From contig CAWHDT010000005.1 of assembly GCA_963828195.1 (NCBI GenBank), forward strand, positions 384,001 to 448,000: a stretch of DNA of 64,000 nucleotides. Direction: 5' to 3'. This DNA comes from Candidatus Bathyarchaeota archaeon (GTDB lineage Archaea > Thermoproteota > Bathyarchaeia > Bathyarchaeales > Bathycorpusculaceae). Below the pieces are notes generated by a model, which made no database searches, was not told the origin of the DNA, and saw only the letters and a program-made list of their open reading frames with translations. Position numbers and translations under genes: made by a program. This document shows, piece after piece, positions 17,419 through 27,003 of this stretch. How positions within the stretch are numbered: the first letter of the stretch is position 1; each line of letters starts with the position of its first letter.

Positions 17419-19836
17419 ATGATAAACAAGTTGCCAATAGAAAAGTTAAGGAAAGAATGTGAACCTGATTTTATGCAGTGTGAATCGACCAAAGATCTTG
17501 TTCCTTTAAGCGAAATTATAGGCCAAGAAAGAGCTGTTCGAGCCTTAAAATTCGGGCTCGGCATAAAAGACCACGGTTTCAACATGTACGTTGCAGGTTA
17601 CCCAGGAACAGGCAGAAAAACCACGGTTCAAAACTTTGTAGAAGCCCAAGCGAAAGTTCAACCAGTTCCGCCTGACTGGTGCTATGTCAATAATTTTGCT
17701 AACTCGTATGAACCGAAAGCCATTCAGTTGCCGCCGGGAAAAGGAAAAGAATTCCGCGATGATATGAAGAATTTTATTGAAAACGTTGTTCGTAACGCGC
17801 TTCCTAAGGCTTTTGAAAGTGAAGATTACATTGCAAGAAGAGACGCAACAATCCAGGGGCTTGAAAATCAGCGGAAAAAGTTAATTGACGAATTAAACGA
17901 GAAGGCTCAAAGCGAAGGCTTTGTAATTCAAACGACACCAATTGGCCTCTTACTTATTCCGGTGCTAGACGGCAAACCGCTCAGCGAAGAAGAAATGTTA
18001 GCTTTGCCTCAGAAAATGAAAGAGAAGATTCAAGAGAAAAGGGAAAAGTTGGAAGCGGATTTTAGGAACACGATGCGGCAGCTAATAGATATGGAGAGAA
18101 AAATTCATGAGGCAATAAAGAAACTTAACAAAGAAGTTGCCCTCTTCACTATTGGCAATCAAGTTGAAAGCTTAATTGAGAAATACAAAGGATCAGCCGA
18201 AGTAGCAGCTTACATGAAAGATGTCGAAAACGACATTTTAGATAATCTGCAGCAGTTCATTAAAAGAGGGGAACCTCAACAGCAATTCCCGTTCCCAATG
18301 CCGTGGATGAGGGAAGAGCCTTATAAGAAATATGAGGTAAACGTAGTCATCGATAATTCCGATACTAAAGGCGCCCCTGTTGTTATGGAATCTAACCCAA
18401 CTTACCCCAACCTTCTTGGAAAAACAGAGAAGGAAGCGCAGTTTGGGGCATTAACCACTGACTTCACCATGATAAGGGGAGGATCCATACACAAAGCCAA
18501 CGGCGGATACCTGATTATTCCAGTTGAAGACCTGCTGAGAAACCCCTTCTCCTATGACGGTTTGAAGCGGGATCTTAGAGATAGAAACATAGCGATAGCG
18601 GAACCTGAAGAACGTTATGGTTTTCTAAGCGTTAAAACCCTTAAACCTCAACCGATTCCGATGACAGCGAAAGTCATTCTAATCGGTGATCCCGAAATTT
18701 ACCAACTCATGTTCCAGTTGGATACCGATTTCAGAGACTTGTTCAAAATTAAAGCTGAATTTGACACAGTAATGAATCGGACTGATGACACAATAAGCCA
18801 GTATGCTTCTTGGGTATGTACGCTCTGCGAAAAAGAAAAACTCAAACACCTCGACGGCACAGGAATAGCTAAACTAGTAGAGTACAGTTCAAGAATTGCA
18901 GATGACCAATACAAACTGTCAACGCAGTTCGCACTTGTAGCAGACATCATTCGCGAAGCAAACTATTACGCTTCACAAGATAATACCGAGTTCATAAATG
19001 GAAGCCAAGTCAAAAAAGCAATAGAAGAAAAAGTTTACCGCTCAAAACTCGTTGAAGAAAAAATTCAAGAAATGATAACCCGCGGATTCTTCCTGATCGA
19101 CACCATCGACGAGAGAGTGGGGCAAGTAAACGGCTTATCCGTTATGGGCCTAGGCGACTTTGCCTTCGGTACCCCTTCGCGTGTAACAGTAAGCATCGGC
19201 TTGGGCAGAGAAGGAGTAATTGATATTGAAAGAGAAGCGAAGATGGGTGGACCGATACACACAAAAGGCGTTTTGATTCTCAGCGGCTACATAAATGACA
19301 AATATGCCAGGGATAAACTGTTAAGTCTTTCTGCCAGGCTTACTTTTGAGCAGAGCTACGGGGGAGTTGAAGGTGACAGCGCTTCAAGCACCGAATTATA
19401 TTCGATTTTGTCAGCGCTTTCGGGACTGCCGATAAAACAGAACATAGCTGTAACAGGGTCAGTTAATCAGAAAGGTGAAGTGCAAGCCATCGGTGGCGTC
19501 AATGAAAAAATCGAGGGTTTCTTTGAAGTCTGCAAACTTAAGGGCTTAAATGGAACACAGGGAGTGATGATACCCGAGAGCAATGTGCAAAACCTGATGC
19601 TCAAAGAAGAAGTTGTTGAAGCAGCAAAGGCAGGAAAATTCAACATCTACTCCGTTAAAACAATAGATGAAGGCATAGAAGTTCTCACTGGGACAAAGGC
19701 TGGACAAAAAAATGCAGATGGATCTTTCGAAGAAGGAACAGTGAATTACCTAGTTGACAAGCAACTAAGAGAAATGGCTGATAAACTAAAAGAGTACCCG
19801 ACTGCCGCAACGCCAGAGAAAAAAGCTGAAAGCTGA
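17419..19836 (+). CDS. Soluble Lon-family (LonC-like) protease
   Basis: IIGQERAV, degenerate Walker A GYPGTGRKT, coiled-coil insert, GQVNGL, EGDSAS catalytic Ser, GGVNEKIEGF Lys; no TM segment. Confidence 0.88.
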   Translation: MINKLPIEKLRKECEPDFMQCESTKDLVPLSEIIGQERAVRALKFGLGIKDHGFNMYVAGYPGTGRKTTVQNFVEAQAKVQPVPPDWCYVNNFANSYEPKAIQLPPGKGKEFRDDMKNFIENVVRNALPKAFESEDYIARRDATIQGLENQRKKLIDELNEKAQSEGFVIQTTPIGLLLIPVLDGKPLSEEEMLALPQKMKEKIQEKREKLEADFRNTMRQLIDMERKIHEAIKKLNKEVALFTIGNQVESLIEKYKGSAEVAAYMKDVENDILDNLQQFIKRGEPQQQFPFPMPWMREEPYKKYEVNVVIDNSDTKGAPVVMESNPTYPNLLGKTEKEAQFGALTTDFTMIRGGSIHKANGGYLIIPVEDLLRNPFSYDGLKRDLRDRNIAIAEPEERYGFLSVKTLKPQPIPMTAKVILIGDPEIYQLMFQLDTDFRDLFKIKAEFDTVMNRTDDTISQYASWVCTLCEKEKLKHLDGTGIAKLVEYSSRIADDQYKLSTQFALVADIIREANYYASQDNTEFINGSQVKKAIEEKVYRSKLVEEKIQEMITRGFFLIDTIDERVGQVNGLSVMGLGDFAFGTPSRVTVSIGLGREGVIDIEREAKMGGPIHTKGVLILSGYINDKYARDKLLSLSARLTFEQSYGGVEGDSASSTELYSILSALSGLPIKQNIAVTGSVNQKGEVQAIGGVNEKIEGFFEVCKLKGLNGTQGVMIPESNVQNLMLKEEVVEAAKAGKFNIYSVKTIDEGIEVLTGTKAGQKNADGSFEEGTVNYLVDKQLREMADKLKEYPTAATPEKKAES

Positions 19837-19974
19837 TTTAAAAATTTTGATTTAGCACTTTTTCTTCTTCTTTTTTAGTTGTTTCAAGTGGATAAGAAAT
19901 ATTGATTCTGACTCGTTATTCTGAAGAATCAAGGTTTATTTGCATTTAGACACTACGGGTAATTAGGTGCAAAT

Positions 19975-20193
19975 TTGGTAACTCCAAAGGGCAAGCGCAA
20001 ACGTAGCAAAGTATTGATGATTGTGCTTTTTCCAGCGGTTATGTTTATTGCAGTTATTGGTTGGTGCTTGTACTGTTTGGGAGACCAAAAAAGACCAAAG
20101 AAGAAACAGCATAAACCGCCCCAAAAAATTGATGACGAGAACGTAACCTTTATGCCTATAATTTACGAGGAAAAGGAAGAAATAAGAACTTAA
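19975..20193 (+). CDS. Small single-TM hypothetical protein
   Basis: Basic N-terminus, hydrophobic LMIVLFPAVMFIAVIGWCLYCLG; GGTG SD. Confidence 0.6.
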   Translation: MVTPKGKRKRSKVLMIVLFPAVMFIAVIGWCLYCLGDQKRPKKKQHKPPQKIDDENVTFMPIIYEEKEEIRT

Positions 20194-20334
20194 TAATGCA
20201 AAAGCAAGCGCTTCATTAATCATTTGCAAAGTTAAAATTTGAACATTATAAATAGGCTTGCACGCTTGTTGTTGCAAATGCACAACCACAATTCCATTTA
20301 TACCTCGCAAAAGTTCTGTTAACTTGCGAGAAAA

Positions 20335-20475
20335 TAGCCATCCAAGAGGTACACCCACGCTTGGCGGGTTAGCAGTTAAATGAGGCGCGGATTGCTGCAC
20401 CCTGAAGACTCAGGGCTTTTTGATCCGCGGCTGTCGTTTAACAGTTGCGATCCGTCAAGCCTACTTTTGGTTACT
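20335..20475 (+). ncRNA. Candidate structured rod-like ncRNA
   Basis: Five nested helices with G-U pairs that favour the + strand; TTTATA at 20297. Confidence 0.55.
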
Positions 20476-20548
20476 CTTATCAAGTTAGCTGGTTTTCTGT
20501 ATAGAATTTATAAGGGATAGATGCAATTCTATTTTTTGTGAACGTAAC

Positions 20549-20908
20549 TTGAATTACAAAGAAAACATGCATCCGAAAGTCAGCCAAGCAGAAATGGCTG
20601 TTTTCCACGAATTAAGCAAAGCTGGCTTAACCACCGGCATGCTGACGCAAAACCCCATCATCCTAAAATCCACTATTCCAGATTTCTGTTGGGCTAACAA
20701 AAGAAAAATTGTGTACTTAGACGGCGTGCCAGTGCATTCCAGTGATAAAGCACAAAAACGTGACTGCGAAATCGATGAACTGCTGGAAGCGCAGGGATGG
20801 GAAGTGCTTAGAATTCCCTATCAACCGCCCATAACAGAGAAGGGACTTGCTGAAATAATGGCAACCATAAAACATTTTTTAAATGCGGACGTAGAAGAGG
20901 AAACGTAG
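20549..20908 (+). CDS. DUF559/Vsr-like endonuclease-domain protein
   Basis: TIPDF, VYLDG..H, RD..IDELLEAQGWEVLRI. Confidence 0.75.
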   Translation: MNYKENMHPKVSQAEMAVFHELSKAGLTTGMLTQNPIILKSTIPDFCWANKRKIVYLDGVPVHSSDKAQKRDCEIDELLEAQGWEVLRIPYQPPITEKGLAEIMATIKHFLNADVEEET

Positions 20909-20959
20909 ATTTTTTTAATCGTTCAGTCTTCTGTTTTTTTGGTAGAATTTTGAATTTTA

Positions 20960-20998
20960 AAAGAACAACAACACCCGAAAAACAACTGTTGTTCTTCT
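20960..20998. repeat. REP-like palindrome with AAC/GTT arms
   Basis: AAAGAACAACAACACC...TGTTGTTCTTCT; inverted near-copy at 35855-35893. Confidence 0.7.
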
Positions 20999-21075
20999 CA
21001 GGCTTTGTCTGGGCAAGTTTCTGAAGTCGCCTCATGAAAAGATATTTATCTGTTAGAACTTACCTCTTTGGGAAT

Positions 21076-21184
21076 GCTCCGGTAGTATAGTCCGGTCAAA
21101 CCTTACTAAGCCATCTTATTAAGGGACCATGTATAGCGGCCTCTCGAGTCGCGGACCCGGGTCCAAATCCCGGCCGGAGCACCA
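21076..21184 (+). tRNA. tRNA-Glu(CTC) with a 31-nt intron at position 21/22 (21100-21130)
   Basis: Acceptor GCTCCGG/CCGGAGC, anticodon arm GCGGC-CTCTCGA-GTCGC, BHB-like GGTC/GACC helix with 3-nt bulges; CCA encoded. Confidence 0.92.
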
Positions 21185-21242
21185 TTTTATTTAGTTCCAG
21201 CATGCAGTTTTTTCTAACTGATGGCTTTTCCAAAAAGAAAAA

Positions 21243-22346
21243 TTATTTGTATGCGAGTGTTGAGCATAATTCTTCTACCGTGCGGTTAAGTGTTAGTTCT
21301 GCCATGTTTCTGCTGTAGTCCATTATGCGTCTTGAGCTGTCAAAGATCAAGCGCAGCACTGAAGCTATGTTTGGGTCGAGTTTTTTGCTTGACATCAACA
21401 TTATCAACTCGTTTTCAAGTGGAGCGAGGGTGTCACGTTTTGAGATGAGTTTTTCTGCGTCTTTGTATTCTCTTTTGAACAACGCTTTTATGGCGTCGTC
21501 GTATAGCTGGTTGGCTTGGGTGCTGAAGTTGACGAGTTGATTGTATATTTCTTCGTCTATGGGGTCTTTTATGTATAGGGTTTCGTCGTCGATGAGTTTT
21601 TGCAGTGAACCCAAGTTGTTGATGATGTTCATGGCGTTTTGAGCGATGCTTTCCACATCGTTTACGGCGATGCGGTAGAGGAGAAATTCCTTGGGTGTTC
21701 TAAAGCCGAGTTCCCGGTACAGGTTGCGCTCTATCCCATATTTCAGTTGGCGAACAATGTATAATCCCAAGCGGTTTACATCATTGTGGGCATTGATTAC
21801 GCTGTCAAATAAAGCGGTGCTTCTCTCTTTTAAGGCGGCGATGGCGTCCCTGTTTGCGGAGAGCGCTACGATAGCCATTCGTCTGACGGCTTTTTCAATT
21901 GGGAATTCTGAAGGTTTTATCAGAATTTGCAAGGTAATTTCATCGGTTGTTTCATCTATTATTTCTGAGCCGAGAAAATTGTCTCTTGCCAAATTTTTTA
22001 TTTCATTTTTGTATTTTACTGTATCCTGAGTGTTTTTGAATCGGACGCGTATTATGTCGGCTCCTATGGCGTATAATGCGCGGGTCATGCGTAAAGTTGA
22101 TTGTATGGGTTCTTTCGGGTCAACGGTGATGAAGTATTCTTTGGGTTTAGCTGCGTTGCCTCTGCCTTCTTTTTCCTGTATTTTCCGTGGAACCAACGTT
22201 AAGGTGGAGTCTGGCTGGATGTTGAAGGCTATTTCGCTGCCGCGTTTTAATTCGAGGTCTTGGACCCATTCTTTGGGAAGCGAGATTATGTATGAGCCTC
22301 TGCCTGTGCATTGGACTCTTCTATAGCCTAGGTCTTTTTCTGCCAT
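21243..22346 (-). CDS. AbrB-PhoU family regulator (archaeal phosphate uptake regulator type)
   Basis: RRVQCTGRGSYIISLPKEWV N-terminal AbrB domain; two PhoU-like helical repeats. Confidence 0.85.
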   Translation of the reverse strand: MAEKDLGYRRVQCTGRGSYIISLPKEWVQDLELKRGSEIAFNIQPDSTLTLVPRKIQEKEGRGNAAKPKEYFITVDPKEPIQSTLRMTRALYAIGADIIRVRFKNTQDTVKYKNEIKNLARDNFLGSEIIDETTDEITLQILIKPSEFPIEKAVRRMAIVALSANRDAIAALKERSTALFDSVINAHNDVNRLGLYIVRQLKYGIERNLYRELGFRTPKEFLLYRIAVNDVESIAQNAMNIINNLGSLQKLIDDETLYIKDPIDEEIYNQLVNFSTQANQLYDDAIKALFKREYKDAEKLISKRDTLAPLENELIMLMSSKKLDPNIASVLRLIFDSSRRIMDYSRNMAELTLNRTVEELCSTLAYK

Positions 22347-22621
22347 ACCCTCATCGCCTGATATACGAATCGTTTAGATAACATATTTCACGACGTTGCA
22401 TATAAATGATTATCAACAAAGTTATATAGAATATGTGCTATTTATGTGGGCTAGCACTAATAAAAAAGTGGTAAAAATGGCAGTAAACACCCGCAAAATA
22501 ATACTGACTTGTGGTAACCAATCGCCCACAAACAAAAGCGTTTTTTGCACAAGCGACGTTGAACTGCACATTCTCATGCTCACTTGTCCACGCTAAACAC
22601 GAAATCTAAAGAGGTTAAAGT

Positions 22622-23068
22622 ATGGTTAAAAGAATAGTTGCAAAACAAGAAGTATGCATCGGATGCGGACTATGCGAAGTCTACTGCACAGTTCAGCATT
22701 CAAAATCAAAAGACATAATCAAAGCCTACAACAGCGAGAAGCCTAAACCAATAAGCCGAGTTAAACTAGAAGTCAACAAGCCCGTCTCCTTCGCCATCCA
22801 ATGCCGACACTGCGAAGACGCCCCATGCGTAATCGCTTGCTTATCAGGCGCAATGCAAAAAGACGAAAAAACAGGTCAAGTAACCCATAACCAAGAGAAA
22901 TGCATGGGCTGCTGGACCTGCATAATGGTTTGCCCATATGGCGCTTTAAAAATGGACAAGGAAGACCATGTGGTTGCTAAATGCGATTTATGCCAAGACC
23001 TCGAGGAGCCAGCATGTGTTGCCAACTGCCCCAATGGAGCGTTGGTTTTCAAAGAGGTGAAACCGTAA
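22622..23068 (+). CDS. 4x[4Fe-4S] CooF/DmsB-like electron transfer protein
   Basis: CIGCGLCEVYC, CRHCEDAPC, CMGCWTCIMVCP, KCDLC...PACVANCP. Confidence 0.88.
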   Translation: MVKRIVAKQEVCIGCGLCEVYCTVQHSKSKDIIKAYNSEKPKPISRVKLEVNKPVSFAIQCRHCEDAPCVIACLSGAMQKDEKTGQVTHNQEKCMGCWTCIMVCPYGALKMDKEDHVVAKCDLCQDLEEPACVANCPNGALVFKEVKP

Positions 23069-24349
23069 ATGGCGAAGTACGTGGTTGTTGGCGCTTCAGC
23101 AGCAGGCATAGGTGCAGTTGAAGCCATACGAGAAGTAGATCAAACTGGGGCCATAACCATAATCTCCGAGGAAACATGCGCACATTACAGTCGCCCAATG
23201 ATCAGCGACCTCCTGAGTGGAAAAGCAGACACCAAAAAAATGAAGTGCCGAAGCGACGAGTTCTGGAAAGAAAACAACATTGAAGCAATCATGGGCAAAA
23301 AAGCAACAGCCCTAAACTTAACTGAAAAAACTGTTCAGCTAGACAGCGGCGAAAAAGTTGCTTACGAAAAACTGTTGCTGGCGACAGGCGGCAAACCCTT
23401 TGTTCCAAAAATGGAGGGGTCAGATAAAGACGGCGTATTCACTTTCACAACGATGGGTGATGCGCAGCGCCTTGGAGCTAAGATTGACAGCATAAACGCT
23501 AAGTCAGCCATAGTTATCGGCGCTGGTCTCATCGGCATAAGCGTAACTGAAGCGCTCATGAAACGGGGTTTAAAAGTTACTATGGTTGAGTTGCAAGAGA
23601 AAATTCTCAGCTTGCTCTTAGACGCAAAAGGTTCAGACATCGTTGAAGCGGCTGTCAAGAAAGCAGGCGTCAACATCATAACTGGCCAGTCTGTCCAGAA
23701 AATAGTGGGCAAACCAGATAACGAAAGCACCGTCGGCGGAGTAACCTTAACTAAAGGCGACCAAGTACCCTGCGACCTCGTCATCGTAGCCATAGGTGTC
23801 ATTCCACGGACTGAGTTAGCGGTCGGGACAACGGTGAAAATCAACAGGGGGATAGTGGTTGACGACGCTATGCAGACAAATGTCCCTGACGTTTACGCCA
23901 GCGGCGATGTGGCTGAAGCGTACGATTTCATTTTGAATCAGAACCGACTTTTGCCCCTTTGGCCTCTTGCGGTTTTAGAGGGACAAGTTGCAGGGTATAA
24001 CATGGCGGGAAAGAAAACTGCTTACGCGGGCGGCACAAACATGAGCAGCCTCAAGTATTTCGGCATACCTATCGTCTCGATAGGCTTAGCTAACGCTAAA
24101 GAAGACCCAGCTTTGGAGGTGCTTGTTAAACAAGACATCGAACGCGGCATCTACAAGAAAATTGTCTTAAAAAACAACGTTATCGTAGGCTTAACGCTTG
24201 TTAACAGCATTGAGCGAGCGGGCATCTTGTTCTACCTGATAAAAAACGCGGTGAACGTGAAAAAATTCAAGCAGAAACTTCTCGAAGACGACTTCAGCTG
24301 GGCCACATTGCCGGCGGGTCTTCAGAGAAAAATGGGTGTGGTGCAATAA
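23069..24349 (+). CDS. NAD(P)/FAD-dependent oxidoreductase (NirB/rubredoxin reductase-like)
   Basis: VVVGASAAG, LLLATGG, VIGAGLIG, YASGD. Confidence 0.88.
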   Translation: MAKYVVVGASAAGIGAVEAIREVDQTGAITIISEETCAHYSRPMISDLLSGKADTKKMKCRSDEFWKENNIEAIMGKKATALNLTEKTVQLDSGEKVAYEKLLLATGGKPFVPKMEGSDKDGVFTFTTMGDAQRLGAKIDSINAKSAIVIGAGLIGISVTEALMKRGLKVTMVELQEKILSLLLDAKGSDIVEAAVKKAGVNIITGQSVQKIVGKPDNESTVGGVTLTKGDQVPCDLVIVAIGVIPRTELAVGTTVKINRGIVVDDAMQTNVPDVYASGDVAEAYDFILNQNRLLPLWPLAVLEGQVAGYNMAGKKTAYAGGTNMSSLKYFGIPIVSIGLANAKEDPALEVLVKQDIERGIYKKIVLKNNVIVGLTLVNSIERAGILFYLIKNAVNVKKFKQKLLEDDFSWATLPAGLQRKMGVVQ

Positions 24350-25488
24350 TGAACTGGCAAGACAGAAAAATAATCAGTCCGTTTGGAGATGACAAGGATT
24401 TTTCAGGCTGCGCCCTCTTCGGCATGATGAACACGGAAGGCAAGCGTTTCGGCTCGAAAGATCCAGTTCGCGCTATAACGAACATGCATGACCGAGGCAA
24501 CGGTTTAGGCGGAGGCTTCGCAGTTTACGGCATATACCCAGAATTCAAAGATTACTATGCCTTCCACGTGATGTATCTGAGCAAAGACGCAAAAGAAAAA
24601 ACTGACCACATCCTCGCTTCGAGATTTGACATAATCTACGATGAAGAAATGCAGACAAGACCCGCCGCCGACGTCCGTGACGCCCCGCTTGTTTGGCGGT
24701 ATTTTGTTCAACCTAAAAAACATCGACCGGAAGACCAGGCAGAAGAGGATTACGTGATAGAAGCCATCATGCATATTAACAGTGAAACGGGCAAAGCATT
24801 TGTTTTTTCAAGCGGCAAAAACATGGGCGTATTCAAAGGCGTAGGTTTCCCCGAAGATGTAGCGGACTTTTTCAGTTTAGAAGATTACCAGGGATACCTC
24901 TGGACATGCCACAGCAGATTCCCCACAAACACTCCTGGCTGGTGGGGCGGAGCACACCCATTCAACATTTTGGATTGGACGGTAGTGCACAACGGTGAAC
25001 TGTCATCCTACGGCATCAACCGCCGCTACTTGGAAATGTACGGTTACAAATGCACGATGCAAACTGACACCGAAGTGTTAGCTTACGCGGTTGACTTGCT
25101 AATACGAAGACAACATCTGCCAATCGAGTTGGTTTCGCAAATCCTTGCTGCGCCGCTGTGGAGTGAAATAGACTGCATGGAACCCAAAAAAGCGCAGCTT
25201 CTAAGATCAATGCGTCAAACCTACGGGAGCTTACTGATGAACGGGCCCTTCAGCATAATTGTTGCTCACCACGGCGAAATGATAGGGTTGACTGACAGAA
25301 TTAAGCTGCGGCCAATGGTGGCGGGTTCAAACGGCGACTACATGTACCTGTCATCTGAGGAGTCAGCCATGCGGTTGGTTTCGCCGAACTTGGACAAGTT
25401 CTGGTGCCCAAGAGGCGGAGAAACTGTGGTTGCCAGACTAAAAAACAGCCCACAAGCCATTGAGGTTTGTGTTGGAGGACAAATTTAA
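24349..25488 (+). CDS. Glutamate synthase amidotransferase domain (GltB1, class II GATase)
   Basis: CALFG, DRGNGLGGGF, HSRFPTNT, AHPF, VHNGEL, TDTEV. Confidence 0.88.
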   Translation: MNWQDRKIISPFGDDKDFSGCALFGMMNTEGKRFGSKDPVRAITNMHDRGNGLGGGFAVYGIYPEFKDYYAFHVMYLSKDAKEKTDHILASRFDIIYDEEMQTRPAADVRDAPLVWRYFVQPKKHRPEDQAEEDYVIEAIMHINSETGKAFVFSSGKNMGVFKGVGFPEDVADFFSLEDYQGYLWTCHSRFPTNTPGWWGGAHPFNILDWTVVHNGELSSYGINRRYLEMYGYKCTMQTDTEVLAYAVDLLIRRQHLPIELVSQILAAPLWSEIDCMEPKKAQLLRSMRQTYGSLLMNGPFSIIVAHHGEMIGLTDRIKLRPMVAGSNGDYMYLSSEESAMRLVSPNLDKFWCPRGGETVVARLKNSPQAIEVCVGGQI

Positions 25489-26999
25489 TGAAAACTTACA
25501 TTATCCCTGAATATTTAGTTGAACGCGACCAAAACCGCTGCATACGCTGCAAAGTATGCGTGAACCAATGCACCTACGAAACCCATTCCTACGACGAGGA
25601 AACCGACAAGATATGCAGTAAGGACGAGAACTGTGTTAACTGTCAACGCTGCGTAACATTTTGCCCAACCCACGCCATCACAATCAGAAAGAACCCTAAT
25701 GTTAGCCGAGAAAACGCCAACTGGACAATGGAGGCTATTCGAGACGTAAAGAAGCAGGCTGAAACAGGGGGAGTCATCTTAACAGGCATGGGCTGCGATA
25801 AACCAGAATACTCTTACTGGGACAAACTGCTCCTAAACGCCAGCCAAGTGACAAATCCATCGATTGACCCGCTGCGTGAACCCATGGAGATCAGAACTTA
25901 CTTGGGTGCAAAACCAGACAAGCTGGAGCTCGAAGTGGAAAACGGCGAAACGGTGCTTAAGACACAGCTAACGCCGCAGCTTTGCCTAGACATACCCGTC
26001 ATGTTCTCAGCGATGTCCTACGGCGCCATAAGCTTAAACGTTCATGAATCCTTAGCCCGAGCAGCTACCGAATGCGGAACCTACTTCAACACTGGCGAAG
26101 GCGGCTTAGACAAAAGCCTCTACAAGTACGGCGACCACGCCATCGTCCAAGTTGCATCGGGACGCTTCGGCGTGCATCCCAAGTACCTTAAGGTGGGTGC
26201 AGCTGTGGAAATAAAAATTGGTCAAGGCGCAAAACCAGGCATAGGCGGACACTTGCCAGGCGAAAAAGTAACCGAAAACGTAGCTAAAACACGCATGATA
26301 CCCACAGGCACAGACGCGCTTTCACCTTACCCTCAACATGACATCTACTCAATCGAGGACCTGCGCCAACTAATTTACGCGCTCAAAGAAGCCACAAACT
26401 ACACCAAGCCCATCTCTGTGAAAATTGCGGCGGTCCACAACTCGGCGGCGATTGCAAGCGGGATGGTGCGGGCTGGGGCAGACATCATTGCTCTTGACGG
26501 CGTCAGAGGCGCAACTGGTGCGGCGCCCAAAACCATCAGAGACAACGTGGGCATACCCATAGAATTAGCCATTGCACAGGTGGATCAGCGGCTCAGAGAA
26601 GAAGGCATCAGAAATCAAGCTTCCGTCGTGGCGGCTGGCGGCTTCAGAAGCAGCGCTGACGTGGTTAAAGCCATCGCACTTGGAGCTGACGCAGTGTACA
26701 TTGGAACTGCCGCTTTGATCGCTATGGGCTGCACGGTTTGCCAACGCTGCTACACAGGTAAATGCCCATGGGGGATTGCGACAAGTGACCCGTGGATCGG
26801 CAAACGCATCAACCCCGACATTGCTTCGAAACGTCTGGTGAACATGCTCAATAGCTGGAGCCTCGAGATCAAAGACATCATGGGCGGCATGGGCATAAAC
26901 GCCATTGAAAGCTTACGCGGCAACCGACTTGCCCTACGAGGTGTCGGCTTAACGAGAGCGGAATCAAAAATCTTAGGCGTGAAGTTGGCAGGAGAGTAA
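25488..26999 (+). CDS. Glutamate synthase FMN domain with N-terminal ferredoxin (GltB2)
   Basis: AMSYGAIS, NTGEGG, QVASGRFGV, EIKIGQGAKPGIGGHLPGEKV, HDIYSIEDL, CQRCYTGKCPWG. Confidence 0.92.
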   Translation: MKTYIIPEYLVERDQNRCIRCKVCVNQCTYETHSYDEETDKICSKDENCVNCQRCVTFCPTHAITIRKNPNVSRENANWTMEAIRDVKKQAETGGVILTGMGCDKPEYSYWDKLLLNASQVTNPSIDPLREPMEIRTYLGAKPDKLELEVENGETVLKTQLTPQLCLDIPVMFSAMSYGAISLNVHESLARAATECGTYFNTGEGGLDKSLYKYGDHAIVQVASGRFGVHPKYLKVGAAVEIKIGQGAKPGIGGHLPGEKVTENVAKTRMIPTGTDALSPYPQHDIYSIEDLRQLIYALKEATNYTKPISVKIAAVHNSAAIASGMVRAGADIIALDGVRGATGAAPKTIRDNVGIPIELAIAQVDQRLREEGIRNQASVVAAGGFRSSADVVKAIALGADAVYIGTAALIAMGCTVCQRCYTGKCPWGIATSDPWIGKRINPDIASKRLVNMLNSWSLEIKDIMGGMGINAIESLRGNRLALRGVGLTRAESKILGVKLAGE

Positions 27000-27003
27000 A
27001 AAT

